Numbered from the stretch's first letter, positions 18,361 through 29,971 are shown. The stretch is 64,000 nt of DNA from Clostridia bacterium (GCA_030524345.1 JAUNGP010000006.1:15105-79104), one strand, 5' to 3'. Made by a program: numbers and translations. Notes: generated by a model not told the origin, from the letters alone.

Positions 18361-19539
18361 ATGAAACAAGATCTTGGTATATATATCCATATACCTTTTT
18401 GTATAAGTAAATGTTATTATTGCAATTTTGTATCCTATGTAAATCAGGATAATATGATAGAAGAATATATCAATGCAGTCTGCATGGAAATACTACAAAA
18501 TGCAGAAATACTAAGTGAATATAATATAGCAACTGTATATTTTGGTGGCGGTACTCCCTCTTATATAGATTCAAAATATATTAAACAAATAATGGATACT
18601 TTAAACTTATTTAAAAAAGGAAATGACTTTTTAGAAGTAACACTTGAAGTAAATCCTTGTAGTGTTACTTTAGATAAGCTAATTCAGTATAGAAATTGTG
18701 GAATCAATAGAATTAGTATTGGGCTTCAATCCACACATGATGACATTTTAAAAACAATTGGCAGAAAACACACACTAAATGACTTTCATAATACATTAAA
18801 ATATTGTAAAGAGGCAGGTTTTGACAATCTTTCTGTAGATATTATATATCCTTTACCAAATCTTGATCTAAATCGTTTTTCTGAAACTTTAAATTATCTG
18901 ATGAAGGTAAAAGAAGAATACAATATTAAACATATATCAATATATAATTTAGAGATCCATAAAGGTAGTAAAATTGAGTTTTTGTTAAATGAAGGATATG
19001 TGAGCTTGGTAGACGAAGAAACTGAGTATCAAATGAAAGAATTAATTGAATCAAAGCTGAAAGAAAATGGTTTCTATCCATATGAGATTTCTAATTTTTG
19101 TGTAAAAGGTTTTGAGTCTAAACACAATATGAATTATTGGAATCAGGGAATATATCTTGGCTTTGGAGTTTGTTCATCTAGTTTCTTTGGAAGTGTAAGA
19201 TATAAAAATACTGATAGTATAAAGGAATATATAAAAGATATAAAGTCAAACATTAGTCCTATTGCAGAAAAAGAAAGTCTTGACTTACTAGATTTGATGA
19301 AAGAGTTTATAATACTAAAATTAAGACTGAAAAATGGTTTTTCTACAAATGAATTTAAAAAATTTGGAAAAGATATATTTGATATCTTCTCAGAAGAATT
19401 ACAAGAATTAAAAGAAAATCAACTAATTGATATCCGAAAAATAGAAGGAAATTTTGAAGCAAAAACTAAAAATTATAATATAGCCCTGACAAAAAGAGGT
19501 TGTGAAGTAGCAAATGTTGTATGGGAGAAATTTGTATAG
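18361..19539 (+). CDS. hemW: radical SAM family heme chaperone HemW / oxygen-independent coproporphyrinogen-III-oxidase-like protein
   Basis: CxxxCxxC radical-SAM motif (CISKCYYCNF) near the N-terminus. HemN-like length and C-terminal domain. Confidence 0.8.
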   Translation: MKQDLGIYIHIPFCISKCYYCNFVSYVNQDNMIEEYINAVCMEILQNAEILSEYNIATVYFGGGTPSYIDSKYIKQIMDTLNLFKKGNDFLEVTLEVNPCSVTLDKLIQYRNCGINRISIGLQSTHDDILKTIGRKHTLNDFHNTLKYCKEAGFDNLSVDIIYPLPNLDLNRFSETLNYLMKVKEEYNIKHISIYNLEIHKGSKIEFLLNEGYVSLVDEETEYQMKELIESKLKENGFYPYEISNFCVKGFESKHNMNYWNQGIYLGFGVCSSSFFGSVRYKNTDSIKEYIKDIKSNISPIAEKESLDLLDLMKEFIILKLRLKNGFSTNEFKKFGKDIFDIFSEELQELKENQLIDIRKIEGNFEAKTKNYNIALTKRGCEVANVVWEKFV

Positions 19540-19550
19540 GAGGAAATTTT

Positions 19551-20090
19551 ATGATTTCTAATGTCGATAGTAGTGCTAAGTATAATATAAGAGTGAATTG
19601 TAAATTAGAAGAATTGATAAAAGAGATTTCAGATGCTTGCTATATAAATATGAAATCTTATTATATGATCAATATCTATATGATACCAGAGATAGTAGAT
19701 ATTTTAAAAATAACAGATCTATCTTCTTTGGAGTCATATGTTATCATTCAAGACTTAAATGGTCTAGAAAAACAAATCATACATAAAAATGGTAATGTTA
19801 TAAAATCTAGCACAATTAATGATATTTTAGCAGTGAAGGAATTATTATTAAAATTAAATTATAATGAGCTTATGTATATGAACTATGATATATATTGCTA
19901 TCAAAAAAATAATAGTTTCATCACAATAAAAAACATATTAAAACAAGGTATATTTATTGAAGGTAACGAAGAGATGTTATCTTTATTAAAAGAGAAAAAT
20001 ATACCATATGACAGTTCTAATTTATGTGTTGATAATGAAAAAAATGCTTTAGAGAATGTCCAGAAAAATCTAAAAAACAATATGAAATAA
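19551..20090 (+). CDS. hypothetical protein
   Basis: ORF between hemW and polA. No motif recognised. Confidence 0.4.
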   Translation: MISNVDSSAKYNIRVNCKLEELIKEISDACYINMKSYYMINIYMIPEIVDILKITDLSSLESYVIIQDLNGLEKQIIHKNGNVIKSSTINDILAVKELLLKLNYNELMYMNYDIYCYQKNNSFITIKNILKQGIFIEGNEEMLSLLKEKNIPYDSSNLCVDNEKNALENVQKNLKNNMK

Positions 20091-20107
20091 ATGTAAGGAG
20101 TAAATTT

Positions 20108-22855
20108 ATGGAAAAATTTTTAATAATAGATGGTAATAGTATAATGAATAGGGCTTTTTATGGCCTTTCTAGTGCAAGAATGACAACAAAAGAAGGAATA
20201 CATACCAATGCTGTGTTTGGCTTTCTTAATACTTATTGGTTAATGCTAGATAAATTAAATCCGGATTATGTAGCTGTATCTTTTGACTTAAGAGCTCCTA
20301 CATTTAGACATAAATTATATACGGATTATAAAGGTACAAGAAAAGGAATGCCTGAAGAATTAAAAGAACAAATGCCTATCATAAAAGAAGTTCTTAGCGC
20401 CATGAATATTCCAGTACTTCAACTTGAAACTTATGAAGCGGATGATATCCTTGGTACTGTTTCAAATATCAATACAAAAAACAATATATTTACATATATT
20501 CTAACAGGAGATAGAGACAGTTATCAATTAATTAGTTCTAATACTTCTGTAGTCATGCCTAGTAATAAAAATAAAACAGATTATACTATTTATACCCCTG
20601 AACTTTTAAAAGAAAATTATCATATTACTCCAATGCAAGTAATAGAAGTAAAAGCTCTTATGGGTGATGCTTCTGATAATATACCAGGAGTAAAAGGCGT
20701 AGGTGAGAAAACTGCTTATTCCCTTATTGAGGAAAATGGTAATATTGACACTATATATGAAAATATTGATTCATTAGGACTAGCACCCAAACTGAAAGAA
20801 AAACTTATCAAAGACAAAGAAATGGCATATCTTAGCAAAACACTTGCTACCATTGATGTAAATGTTCCAATTGAATTAAATTATAATGATTGTAAATTAA
20901 AAAATGTAGATACTCCAAAATTATATCGCTTATTTAAAAACTTAGAATTTTCGAAGTTTTTAAATAAATATGATTTTACATATGAGATGGAACAAGAAGA
21001 AAAACAAAATAATGCCTCTTTAGTGAATCTTGAGGTTGCTAAAACAATTATAGTAGATGATACCAATATAGATGTTCATTATAATAATTTAGTAGAGCTG
21101 TTTAAGAAAGCTTCTCTATCTTATATCTTTGATACCAACCATTGCAAATTTGATTCTTTTAAATCAATACTTAACTTTACAAATAAATATTACTTAGCAT
21201 TATATTCTCATGATGAAAATATTTCTTATATTATTAATTTAGATCATTTATCTAAAAAAGATATTTTAAAGGAATTTTGTGCATCTGAGTGTAATAAGTT
21301 TAGTTATAACATGAAACAAGATTTAAGATATTTTTTTGATTTAAATATATGCGATGTATGTCATTTTAAATTTGACGTTATGATAGCATATTATTTAATG
21401 GACTCTAATAGAACTAACTATAATATAGACTACATTTTGTACGATTTATTTCACTATGAATTAAAAATAAATGATCAAAAGAAAGGCGACGTACAGTTAT
21501 CATTATTTGGAGATGTAGCAAATGATATACAGGAAACTGAATTTTTAAGTACTGATGATATAAAAAATATCAATGCTTGTTTAAAAGGTATCTATTTGTC
21601 TCATGATATAGTGCTCGAAAAATTAAAAAGACTCAACATGTTGGAGCTTTTTGATATGATTGAAATGCCGCTTGTTGAAACTCTTGCTAGTATGGAACAT
21701 GTTGGTATGTATATTGACTTGGAAAAATTAGAGGCTTTTAGTAAAAAACTAACTGATAGGATGTCTATATTAGAAAAAGAAATTTATGAACTAGCTGGTG
21801 AAACGTTTAATATTAATTCGACGCAACAATTAGGAGTTATCCTCTTTGAAAAATTAAATCTTCCAACCGTGAAGAAAAATAAGACTGGATACTCTACTGA
21901 TAAAGATGTCTTAGATGAATTATCTGATAAACATCCTATTATTAGTAAAATCATAGAACATAGACAGACTATGAAATTATATACTACGTTTGTAGAAGGA
22001 TTAAGAATAACGATTAAGGATGATCATAGAATTCATACTACATTTATGCAAACAGTTACATCTACTGGACGTTTAAGTAGTGTAGAACCAAATCTTCAAA
22101 ATATTCCTGTAAGGTTAGAACTTGGTAGAGAAGTTAGATCATTTTTTGCGGGTGAAGATACTCATGTGATTGTAGACGCCGATTATAGTCAAATAGAACT
22201 TAGGGTACTTGCTCATATATCACATGATGAAACAATGATAGAAGCATTTAAAAATGATATAGATATTCATAAAGTTACTGCTTCACAAGTATTTGATGTT
22301 CCTTTAGAGGAAGTTACTCCTACTATGCGTACACATGCAAAAGCTGTTAATTTTGGTATTGTTTATGGTATAAGCGACTTTGGTCTTGCAAAAAATATAT
22401 CTAGTACAAAAAAAGAAGCTGCTATGTATATAGATAATTATTTAAAGAAATATAGTGGGATAGCTAGATTTATGGAAGATGTTGTTAAAGAGGCTAAAAT
22501 CAATGGATATGTGACTACTTTATTTCATAGAAGAAGATATATTCCTGAATTACTACAGAAAAATAAAATGGTAGTCCAATTTGGTGAGCGTATTGCAATG
22601 AATACTCCAATTCAGGGGACTGCAGCAGATATTATAAAACTTGCAATGAATAGAATATATAAAGAGCTAAAGGTGAATCAATTACAATCTAAACTTGTTA
22701 TGCAAGTACATGATGAATTGATAATCGAAACTGTACCAGAGGAAGTAGAACAAGTAAAAAGCATCATGAAAAAAGCAATGGAGAATGTAATAACATTAGA
22801 CATACCTTTAAAAGTTGACTTAAATGTTGGAAAAACTTGGTATGATGCTAAATAA
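20108..22855 (+). CDS. polA: DNA polymerase I
   Basis: 5'-3' exonuclease N-terminus. Polymerase motifs DYSQIELR and KxxxNFGxxYG (motif B). C-terminal QVHDEL. Confidence 0.95.
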   Translation: MEKFLIIDGNSIMNRAFYGLSSARMTTKEGIHTNAVFGFLNTYWLMLDKLNPDYVAVSFDLRAPTFRHKLYTDYKGTRKGMPEELKEQMPIIKEVLSAMNIPVLQLETYEADDILGTVSNINTKNNIFTYILTGDRDSYQLISSNTSVVMPSNKNKTDYTIYTPELLKENYHITPMQVIEVKALMGDASDNIPGVKGVGEKTAYSLIEENGNIDTIYENIDSLGLAPKLKEKLIKDKEMAYLSKTLATIDVNVPIELNYNDCKLKNVDTPKLYRLFKNLEFSKFLNKYDFTYEMEQEEKQNNASLVNLEVAKTIIVDDTNIDVHYNNLVELFKKASLSYIFDTNHCKFDSFKSILNFTNKYYLALYSHDENISYIINLDHLSKKDILKEFCASECNKFSYNMKQDLRYFFDLNICDVCHFKFDVMIAYYLMDSNRTNYNIDYILYDLFHYELKINDQKKGDVQLSLFGDVANDIQETEFLSTDDIKNINACLKGIYLSHDIVLEKLKRLNMLELFDMIEMPLVETLASMEHVGMYIDLEKLEAFSKKLTDRMSILEKEIYELAGETFNINSTQQLGVILFEKLNLPTVKKNKTGYSTDKDVLDELSDKHPIISKIIEHRQTMKLYTTFVEGLRITIKDDHRIHTTFMQTVTSTGRLSSVEPNLQNIPVRLELGREVRSFFAGEDTHVIVDADYSQIELRVLAHISHDETMIEAFKNDIDIHKVTASQVFDVPLEEVTPTMRTHAKAVNFGIVYGISDFGLAKNISSTKKEAAMYIDNYLKKYSGIARFMEDVVKEAKINGYVTTLFHRRRYIPELLQKNKMVVQFGERIAMNTPIQGTAADIIKLAMNRIYKELKVNQLQSKLVMQVHDELIIETVPEEVEQVKSIMKKAMENVITLDIPLKVDLNVGKTWYDAK

Positions 22856-22882
22856 TAATCATATGGATAAGGGTTGATGTGA

Positions 22883-23443
22883 GTGAAAAAAATTTTATAT
22901 GTATTTGTCATTTTTATAACCATATTTCTAATAGGAATTAAGGTAATTAAAACGTTTGTTTATCCTATCAAGTATTTTGATATTATCAAACAGGAAGCTA
23001 TTAATAATAATATAGATCCTTATTTAATACTTTCTATTATTAAAGCGGAAAGTAGCTTTCATGTTGATGCTACTTCTAATAAAAATGCGAAAGGATTAAT
23101 GCAAATGATAGATTCCACGGCTCAAGAAGTAAATAATAAAATAAATAATTCCGATAATATTGAGGAGAGCAATAACTATATTGATATCTATGATGCAAGT
23201 ACTAACATAGCGCTTGGATGTAATTATTTTGCCTCTTTAGTTGAAAGATATGAGGGAAACTATTACCTTGCAATATGTGCATATAATGCTGGCCTTGGAA
23301 ATGTCGATAAATGGATTAGTGATGGAATTGTGTCTCCTAAATTAGATAGCTATGAAAACATTAATCTTCCATTTAAAGAGACTGAGAAGTATTTAAAAAA
23401 GGTTATGACTACATATAAAATATATAAGATTCTATATAAATAA
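22883..23443 (+). CDS. lytic transglycosylase (SLT domain), membrane-anchored
   Basis: ESSFHVDATSNKNAKGLMQM SLT motif. N-terminal TM. GTG start. Confidence 0.8.
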   Translation: MKKILYVFVIFITIFLIGIKVIKTFVYPIKYFDIIKQEAINNNIDPYLILSIIKAESSFHVDATSNKNAKGLMQMIDSTAQEVNNKINNSDNIEESNNYIDIYDASTNIALGCNYFASLVERYEGNYYLAICAYNAGLGNVDKWISDGIVSPKLDSYENINLPFKETEKYLKKVMTTYKIYKILYK

Positions 23444-23604
23444 TAGTGTATATTATAGAGATAATGATTCAGACCAAAATAGTTAAAGAGGCAAGTATAT
23501 ATGCTTTTTTAACTATTTTTTGACATATTAAATGAATGATGATATAATGTATAGCACACTTTATAAAATAATGATTCTAAAAATTTGGAAAAGGAGAAAA
23601 CATA

Positions 23605-24918
23605 ATGAATGATATGCAAATTGTAAAATGTGGAACTACTCAGCGGATAGCAAGCTATGAATTTTTAAATTGGCACGAATTGCCAATTGAGGTAAGACAA
23701 TATTTTAAATGTATTGGTCCGCTTATGGATTCCGATGATCATATGGAATTAAAAGTCCAAAAGATTTATTATAATGGTGGTGGTGAGCTTGTAAACTATG
23801 GACTGAATGCTTTCGTAAGAGATATTTATTGTTTTGAAAGTTATTCAAACTCCAGGGTATATGTCATATATTCTGATAGGTTTGGTAGATATTATGAGGT
23901 AAGGGATCGTAAGATTGCCCAATTTATTTATGATGCTCATCTTTGTATAAGCGCTGAGGGAGTGCTGCTTTTTTACTGTACAGAAAATAATATCAATTCA
24001 ATTGTTTATGCCACTTTAAACTGTAAATCTGGAACTACAATAAGTGCTTATAATTTTACAAAGCCATATAAAAATAATATCATTACGGATATATTTACAT
24101 ATGATGATATAACCTTTGTTGAAGTGAAAGGAGAAAATAATCTTGACAAATATTATTATGCTCTAAATTTTTCCTTTAAATTATTTGAAGCCTATGGAAC
24201 GCAAATCTATATTGAAGTTCATAGACTACAAGGCTCACGCACTGATATTTTTAATAATGATTTTAAATATGAACATATACAGAGCCGTATTGAAGCATCA
24301 GACCGATTACTTTCATTATCCCAAGTAAGAAGAAATTATTCTTTAGTAGAATTTAAAAAACGTTTTGGGAAGAAAGCTTGTTGTGAGAAAAGGGAAAAAT
24401 TAGAGACAAATTATGAACATCAAATCGAAACAAGCATTATTTCATATGCTGGAGATCCTGGAATTGATGATTGTATTAATTCTTTTGTGTCTCACCTAGT
24501 AGTTCTATGTCCTACAATTTCAAAAAAGATAGGCTTATTTAGACGTATTGAATATCATAAAAATATTATTATTCAAATAGATCGATTTGGTGATGATCAC
24601 ATTCATTCTAATATTCCCGAATATATATCTATTTCAGGGATGAACTTATATGTCTCTCCGGAAGGAATTATACTTGGTATTAACTCCAATTTCTTATACG
24701 TGTCTCTTGATGGGATCGTTTGGAAACGCTATAAGCTTGAGGAACTTACCAAAGACGAGACTTTTTACTCTGCTTTTATATCTTTTAATGATGGGGAAGT
24801 TCGTTTAAATGTAACACTTTCAGGAGAAAAAAAACAATATTTTATTTTAAACTTCAAATTTGATTTTTGGAATTTATACACTTCTCCTGTTGAGGTCTAC
24901 ATGAATCAGGGTAATTAA
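23605..24918 (+). CDS. hypothetical protein (437 aa)
   Basis: SD AAGGAG. Terminator hairpin after the stop (about 24925-24972). Confidence 0.5.
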   Translation: MNDMQIVKCGTTQRIASYEFLNWHELPIEVRQYFKCIGPLMDSDDHMELKVQKIYYNGGGELVNYGLNAFVRDIYCFESYSNSRVYVIYSDRFGRYYEVRDRKIAQFIYDAHLCISAEGVLLFYCTENNINSIVYATLNCKSGTTISAYNFTKPYKNNIITDIFTYDDITFVEVKGENNLDKYYYALNFSFKLFEAYGTQIYIEVHRLQGSRTDIFNNDFKYEHIQSRIEASDRLLSLSQVRRNYSLVEFKKRFGKKACCEKREKLETNYEHQIETSIISYAGDPGIDDCINSFVSHLVVLCPTISKKIGLFRRIEYHKNIIIQIDRFGDDHIHSNIPEYISISGMNLYVSPEGIILGINSNFLYVSLDGIVWKRYKLEELTKDETFYSAFISFNDGEVRLNVTLSGEKKQYFILNFKFDFWNLYTSPVEVYMNQGN

Positions 24919-25043
24919 TACATTACACTGCAAAAAAATAGCAAAAATACAACAAATTACTGTATTTTTGCTATTTTTTACTAGACAGCAACATATATTA
25001 CATGGTATAATATGTAGGTATTTAAGAGATGGAGGGATAAAAA

Positions 25044-25769
25044 ATGAGTGGACATTCAAAATGGGCAAACATAAAAAGAAAGAAAGAAGCTACTGATTCT
25101 AAAAGAGCTAATATTTTCTCAAAACTTGGAAAAGAAATAACAGTAGCAGTAAAGATGGGTGGTAGCCCAGATCCTAATGTTAATCGAAAATTAAAAGATG
25201 TGATTGCTAAAGCAAAAGCACAAAATATGCCAAACGATAATATCAACAGATGTATTCAAAAGGCTGCAGGAGATTCTTCTTCTGACAACTATGAAGAAAT
25301 GGTATATGAAGGGTTTGGACCTTGTGGAACTGCTATCATAGTAGAAGCTTTAACAGATAATAAAAATAGAACAGCAGCAGATCTTAGATCTATATTTAGT
25401 AAATCAGGTGGTAGTCTTGGTCAGACTGGCTCTGTTGGATATATGTTTGATAAAAAGGGTTATATATTAATTGAGAGAACATCTGATATAGATGAAGATA
25501 CGCTAATGCTAGAAGTTTTAGAAATTGGTGCAGAAGATTTTGTTTCGGAAGATGAGTATATAGAGATTATAACCGCTCCAGAAAATTTTTCTAATGTAAG
25601 AGAAGAAATAGAGAAGAAGAATCTTACTATATTAGAAGCTGATATAAGACAAATTGCTAATATCAAAAAAGAACTATCCGATGAGGAAATAGATAAAGTT
25701 CAAAACTTCCTAGATAAGTTAGATGATAATGATGATGTTCAAAATGTTTGGCACAATGCAGAAATATAA
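25044..25769 (+). CDS. yebC: YebC/PmpR family DNA-binding transcriptional regulator
   Basis: MSGHSKWANIKRKK N-terminus, diagnostic of the family. Confidence 0.9.
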   Translation: MSGHSKWANIKRKKEATDSKRANIFSKLGKEITVAVKMGGSPDPNVNRKLKDVIAKAKAQNMPNDNINRCIQKAAGDSSSDNYEEMVYEGFGPCGTAIIVEALTDNKNRTAADLRSIFSKSGGSLGQTGSVGYMFDKKGYILIERTSDIDEDTLMLEVLEIGAEDFVSEDEYIEIITAPENFSNVREEIEKKNLTILEADIRQIANIKKELSDEEIDKVQNFLDKLDDNDDVQNVWHNAEI

Positions 25770-25905
25770 CGTTACATAATTTTAAAACATTTTTGTAATA
25801 TTTATCAAAAAAATATTGACTTTACATAAAATATATGCTATAATGATAATGTAAGAAATTTTCCTCACTTGTCGGAATTTTCTTATAAAGGTTAATAGGA
25901 GGGGG

Positions 25906-26532
25906 ATGTTAAACATGTATTATGATAATAAATCTAGTTTCTATATAAGACAATATGGGCCAAAAGTTTTAGTTATTGTTCTAATTGTGTTAATAGCAAG
26001 TACTGGATTATACATATATATGGCTAGCAGAAAAACTCCTACCGTAGATGTTACACAACAAACAATAGCTCAACAAGGCTCAACTACTTCACAAGAAGAA
26101 CAAAAGGTTGATGAAAATGTAGCATCTTTAGAATTACCTGCAAATTTAGAGAAATTAAAACCATTAGAAACAGCAACTGTAAAAATTGCTTCAATAGAAA
26201 ATAATGGTGAAATAGTAGTAATCTCTGGCGAAACAAGATTTAAAGCAAAATTGATTGGACTTGATTTTAATACTGTAGAGCCAGATACAATATATCAAAT
26301 GGGACAAGATATAGCAAACAGACAAGTTGAGATAGCATTTGATAATATAAAATGTACTAATGATACAGCAAATATATATATCTATTTGAATGATGAATTA
26401 TATAATGCTAAATTATTAGAACAAGGAAAATTAAAGCTTAATTCAAATGATATTAATAAACTACTATTAAAAGAATTAACTGAATCTCAAGCCTATGCAA
26501 AACAAACAAGAGCAGGGATTTGGGAATATTAA
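25906..26532 (+). CDS. membrane-anchored thermonuclease (SNase)-like domain protein
   Basis: N-terminal TM. A C-terminal domain with LIGLDFNTVE...LLEQGKLKLN resembles the SNase OB-fold (weak). Confidence 0.45.
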   Translation: MLNMYYDNKSSFYIRQYGPKVLVIVLIVLIASTGLYIYMASRKTPTVDVTQQTIAQQGSTTSQEEQKVDENVASLELPANLEKLKPLETATVKIASIENNGEIVVISGETRFKAKLIGLDFNTVEPDTIYQMGQDIANRQVEIAFDNIKCTNDTANIYIYLNDELYNAKLLEQGKLKLNSNDINKLLLKELTESQAYAKQTRAGIWEY

Positions 26533-26699
26533 AAAAGCATGCCGAACTAGGGAAAAACCTTAGTTTTCATATATCAACCTCTTATGATCGCCTCTATAGT
26601 AATGTAGAGGCATCTATTTTTTTGTTCAAAACTAAGTTGACATAAATTTGTAGTTGTGATATAATAAGATTATATTTAATAAAGGAGGGTAATTTAACT

Positions 26700-27164
26700 A
26701 TGATTACCGAAAAACAATATCCCTATCGTGTACTTCAATACGAATGGGAACGGCTTTATCCTTGGGTAAACAAAGCATTTTCCGAGCTGGATCATTTATT
26801 TTATCTTAGCTCTACGGAGTATGAGGTTTTCTTTGACAAATTCGGCGTTCATATCTGCCAAAGAGGAAAAGATTCTCTCTTTTCGTTTAACAGTAATCTT
26901 TTTCCCACTATCAAGCAGCGTCATGATGAGATCTGTAAGCAAATTGGTCCCTATGTACCAGAAACTATGAGTGCAAAGATAAAGCTTATCTGTAAACATT
27001 TTGGAGACATCAAAGATATTCCGGACTTGGAAAGTATTTGGCTTAAGGGAGAAAAGGATTTTGTTATTGAGTATCTGTATTCAATAGTAGATGATAATAA
27101 GAAGAAGCAGTCACAGAAAAAGTGTGATTTAATGAATCATTTACTGGATATGGTTGAGTATTAA
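26700..27164 (+). CDS. hypothetical protein, GC-elevated
   Basis: Own promoter (TTGACA / TGTGATATAAT) and SD AAAGGAGGG. Confidence 0.5.
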   Translation: MITEKQYPYRVLQYEWERLYPWVNKAFSELDHLFYLSSTEYEVFFDKFGVHICQRGKDSLFSFNSNLFPTIKQRHDEICKQIGPYVPETMSAKIKLICKHFGDIKDIPDLESIWLKGEKDFVIEYLYSIVDDNKKKQSQKKCDLMNHLLDMVEY

Positions 27165-27265
27165 TGTTTCTTAATTTTATAAAGACGCAGGTAATGAATG
27201 TTACTTGCGTTTTTATTCACATAGCTATTAACTTCTGTTATAATAAGAAAACATAGATAGGTAAG

Positions 27266-27655
27266 GTGATGATAGATATGCAAATAGAATTGCACGAGAA
27301 AAATATTATATACATTTTAAATTGTATAAATTATACCATAAATAATCTTAATCAAGCAGAGGAATATTTTAAAAGATCTAATTATCATCTTTATCTTAAC
27401 GATCTGCTTATCATGCATAGATTATTATCGTTGAAAGGGAATAAGTATTATTATAATGAATCAAATAATATATTCTTTATAGGACAAAAAGATTATTTAT
27501 CTTCTAAAGAAAAAGATTTTGAAATATTAAAGTATAATAAGAAAAAGCATAAGAAAACAAACGTACAAAAGATAGATAAAGTTAAATATAATTATTTTAA
27601 AAGTAAATTTTATATTTTTAAAAAACAACTTGACAAATTAAAAAAAGTAGTGTAG
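27266..27655 (+). CDS. hypothetical Lys-rich protein
   Basis: ORF with SD. Very AT-rich. Confidence 0.35.
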   Translation: MMIDMQIELHEKNIIYILNCINYTINNLNQAEEYFKRSNYHLYLNDLLIMHRLLSLKGNKYYYNESNNIFFIGQKDYLSSKEKDFEILKYNKKKHKKTNVQKIDKVKYNYFKSKFYIFKKQLDKLKKVV

Positions 27656-27766
27656 TATATTAAAAATGATAGTTTGTAATTTTGATATTAGGTGCAAAGC
27701 ACCATTAATAAAAACTATAACGATTGCGCAAAATAATAATTTTGTGAAAATAGGAGTGGAAGTTTA

Positions 27767-27795
27767 TTGACACAGGTTCTAATATATGGTATTAT
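27767..27795 (+). promoter_or_regulatory. near-consensus sigma-A promoter with no adjacent ORF
   Basis: TTGACA, 17 nt, TATTAT. The next start codon (the integrase) is about 320 nt downstream. Confidence 0.5.
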
Positions 27796-28117
27796 ACTAG
27801 TGTTAGTATTTATCATATATTGTTAAGATATTTGAGCTCCATATTTGCGTTTTAAAGGATTTTTATTTTTTTGCCAAGTACTTTTACGTTTGAAATGAAT
27901 GTTTCCATATCTTCTTTATACTATATGATTACTATTTTGTATATTACTATTCCATTCCTATATTATATGTTATAGTTTTATACGATTTCGCAAAACGTTG
28001 TCTTATATTTACTTTTTTAATCTTCTAATAATTTTTCTGCCATGTAACTATATACCTTAACAAATAAAAATGGCTTAAAATCAAAATATGAGCGTCGTTT
28101 TTAAGGAGGTTTTTTTG

Positions 28118-29077
28118 ATGTATGACGATATACCAGATTATATGAAAGAATTCTTATCATATATGCAAAATATAAAAAATAGATCTGCAAATACAATACG
28201 AGAATATTATTATGATTTACGCGATGTGTTTCGATTCTTGAAATTATATAAGTCTAAAGTAAAAATTAAAGATATAACACCAGAACTAATAAATGAAACC
28301 GATATATCAGATTTAGATATAGAATTTTTAAGAAAAGTCGATTTAGCAGATTTATATGAATATTTGAATTTTATTTCAAACATTCGTTCTGACAAAGCTA
28401 CAACTAGAGCCCGTAAAGTTGCTGCATTAAAATCATTTTTTAATTTCATGACTTTCAAGCAAAAAGTGTTAGATAAAAATCCAACTGTAGAACTAGAAAC
28501 ACCAAAGCTTTCTAAAAGATTACCAAAATATCTAACATTAGATGAAAGCAAGGCTCTCCTCCACTCCATCGAGGGAAAACATGAAAAAAGAGATACTTGT
28601 ATTATTACGTTATTTTTAAACTGTGGCTTACGTCTATCTGAGCTTGTATCTATCAATATGAAAGACATGAAAGATAATGTTTTAACGATTGTGGGTAAAG
28701 GTGATAAAGAGCGTTCTGTATACTTAAATAATGCCTGCCAGAAGGCAATTTCAGAATATATTGCTGTACGCCCTAAGGATGTTAAAGACCATGAAGCTTT
28801 ATTTATAAGTGAGAGGGGAACAAGAATAGGAAGAAGGACAATTGAAATGATGGTGAAAAAGTATATTACTTTGGCAGGATTAGATCCTAAAAAGTATTCT
28901 CCTCATAAATTACGACATACAGCTGCAACACTTATGCACAAATATGGTAATGTAGATATTCGTTCTTTACAACAAATACTTGGACATGAAAGCATATCTA
29001 CAACTGAAATATATACCCATATTGACAGTGAGCAAGTAAAAGAAGCATTAGAGAGTAATCCATTAAATGATATGTAA
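28118..29077 (+). CDS. tyrosine recombinase, XerC/XerD family (phage-integrase fold)
   Basis: C-terminal HKLRHTAATLMH...LGHESISTTEIYTH (R-H-R-Y catalytic set). N-terminal core-binding-domain motifs. Confidence 0.85.
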   Translation: MYDDIPDYMKEFLSYMQNIKNRSANTIREYYYDLRDVFRFLKLYKSKVKIKDITPELINETDISDLDIEFLRKVDLADLYEYLNFISNIRSDKATTRARKVAALKSFFNFMTFKQKVLDKNPTVELETPKLSKRLPKYLTLDESKALLHSIEGKHEKRDTCIITLFLNCGLRLSELVSINMKDMKDNVLTIVGKGDKERSVYLNNACQKAISEYIAVRPKDVKDHEALFISERGTRIGRRTIEMMVKKYITLAGLDPKKYSPHKLRHTAATLMHKYGNVDIRSLQQILGHESISTTEIYTHIDSEQVKEALESNPLNDM

Positions 29078-29386
29078 TAAAAAGTAAGAGAAGAAAACCT
29101 GATCCTTATTATTTTTGTGTTTCTTCTCTTCTATTTTGCCTCTTTAACTAAAATCCTTTAATAGATCTATATGATATTATCTAACTGCCTCCCCACTCGA
29201 CTACTGTTCTTCTATCTTTTCTCTAATATTCTTTCCCAGCAGCAATATAACGCTTATTATTATCCAGACTATATTAGACTTTTTCATGATGTCATCTCCT
29301 ATGTATAACTTATACGTAAAATAGATAAGAAAGTTAATAAAGAGGCTAAAAAGAAGTAGTAACAATATATACTACTTCTAGTTTTA

Positions 29387-29971
29387 TTATATTACAGGTA
29401 AAAGGTAAAATTCATGATTTAATATTCTTTTCTTATAATCATAAACAATGGAAATGCCATCTGGAAAATCTTCATATTGATCGATTACATGAATCAAATC
29501 CATATAAAAATTTAAAAAGGATAGCCTATTACCATGAAATTTAATAATAATTGGTTCTTTGCCAAGCTTTTCAATATTTTCCATAATTTGATAAAAGGCT
29601 TCTCTAACTCTTTTTAAACTTTCAGCTTCATTGAAAGGCGCAGACATTTCTGTAATATAATAAGTCAGCATATCATATCCTTTCTTTGACACATTATACC
29701 CGTTAATTAAAAAAACAAAATCTTCTATTGCTATATCGTTTGGAATAAAATGATAAGAAATATAATAATGATATGTTAAGAATTCATTTAATATCACACT
29801 AATTTCTTCCTCTGTTAAATTATTAGAGGAGATGCCATAAATTCTAAATTCTTTTCTTTGCGGAGAAAAGTAGAATTTAGCTTTCCAATTATTATGTCCA
29901 TCATCGTATATCAACATTTCATCTTCTAATACATATTCAGTTATTAATTTGTCCATACTAATTCCCTCCAT
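29387..29971 (-). CDS. hypothetical protein, operon partner of the transglutaminase-like protein
   Basis: 3-nt gap to the upstream gene. Terminator hairpin (agaagtagta...tactacttct) after its stop. Confidence 0.45.
   Translation of the reverse strand: MEGISMDKLITEYVLEDEMLIYDDGHNNWKAKFYFSPQRKEFRIYGISSNNLTEEEISVILNEFLTYHYYISYHFIPNDIAIEDFVFLINGYNVSKKGYDMLTYYITEMSAPFNEAESLKRVREAFYQIMENIEKLGKEPIIIKFHGNRLSFLNFYMDLIHVIDQYEDFPDGISIVYDYKKRILNHEFYLLPVI

Noticed and set aside
22883-23443. Prophage lysis module around the SLT transglycosylase
   Set aside because: This is a single SLT-domain gene flanked by polA and unrelated hypotheticals. There are no holin, terminase or capsid genes.
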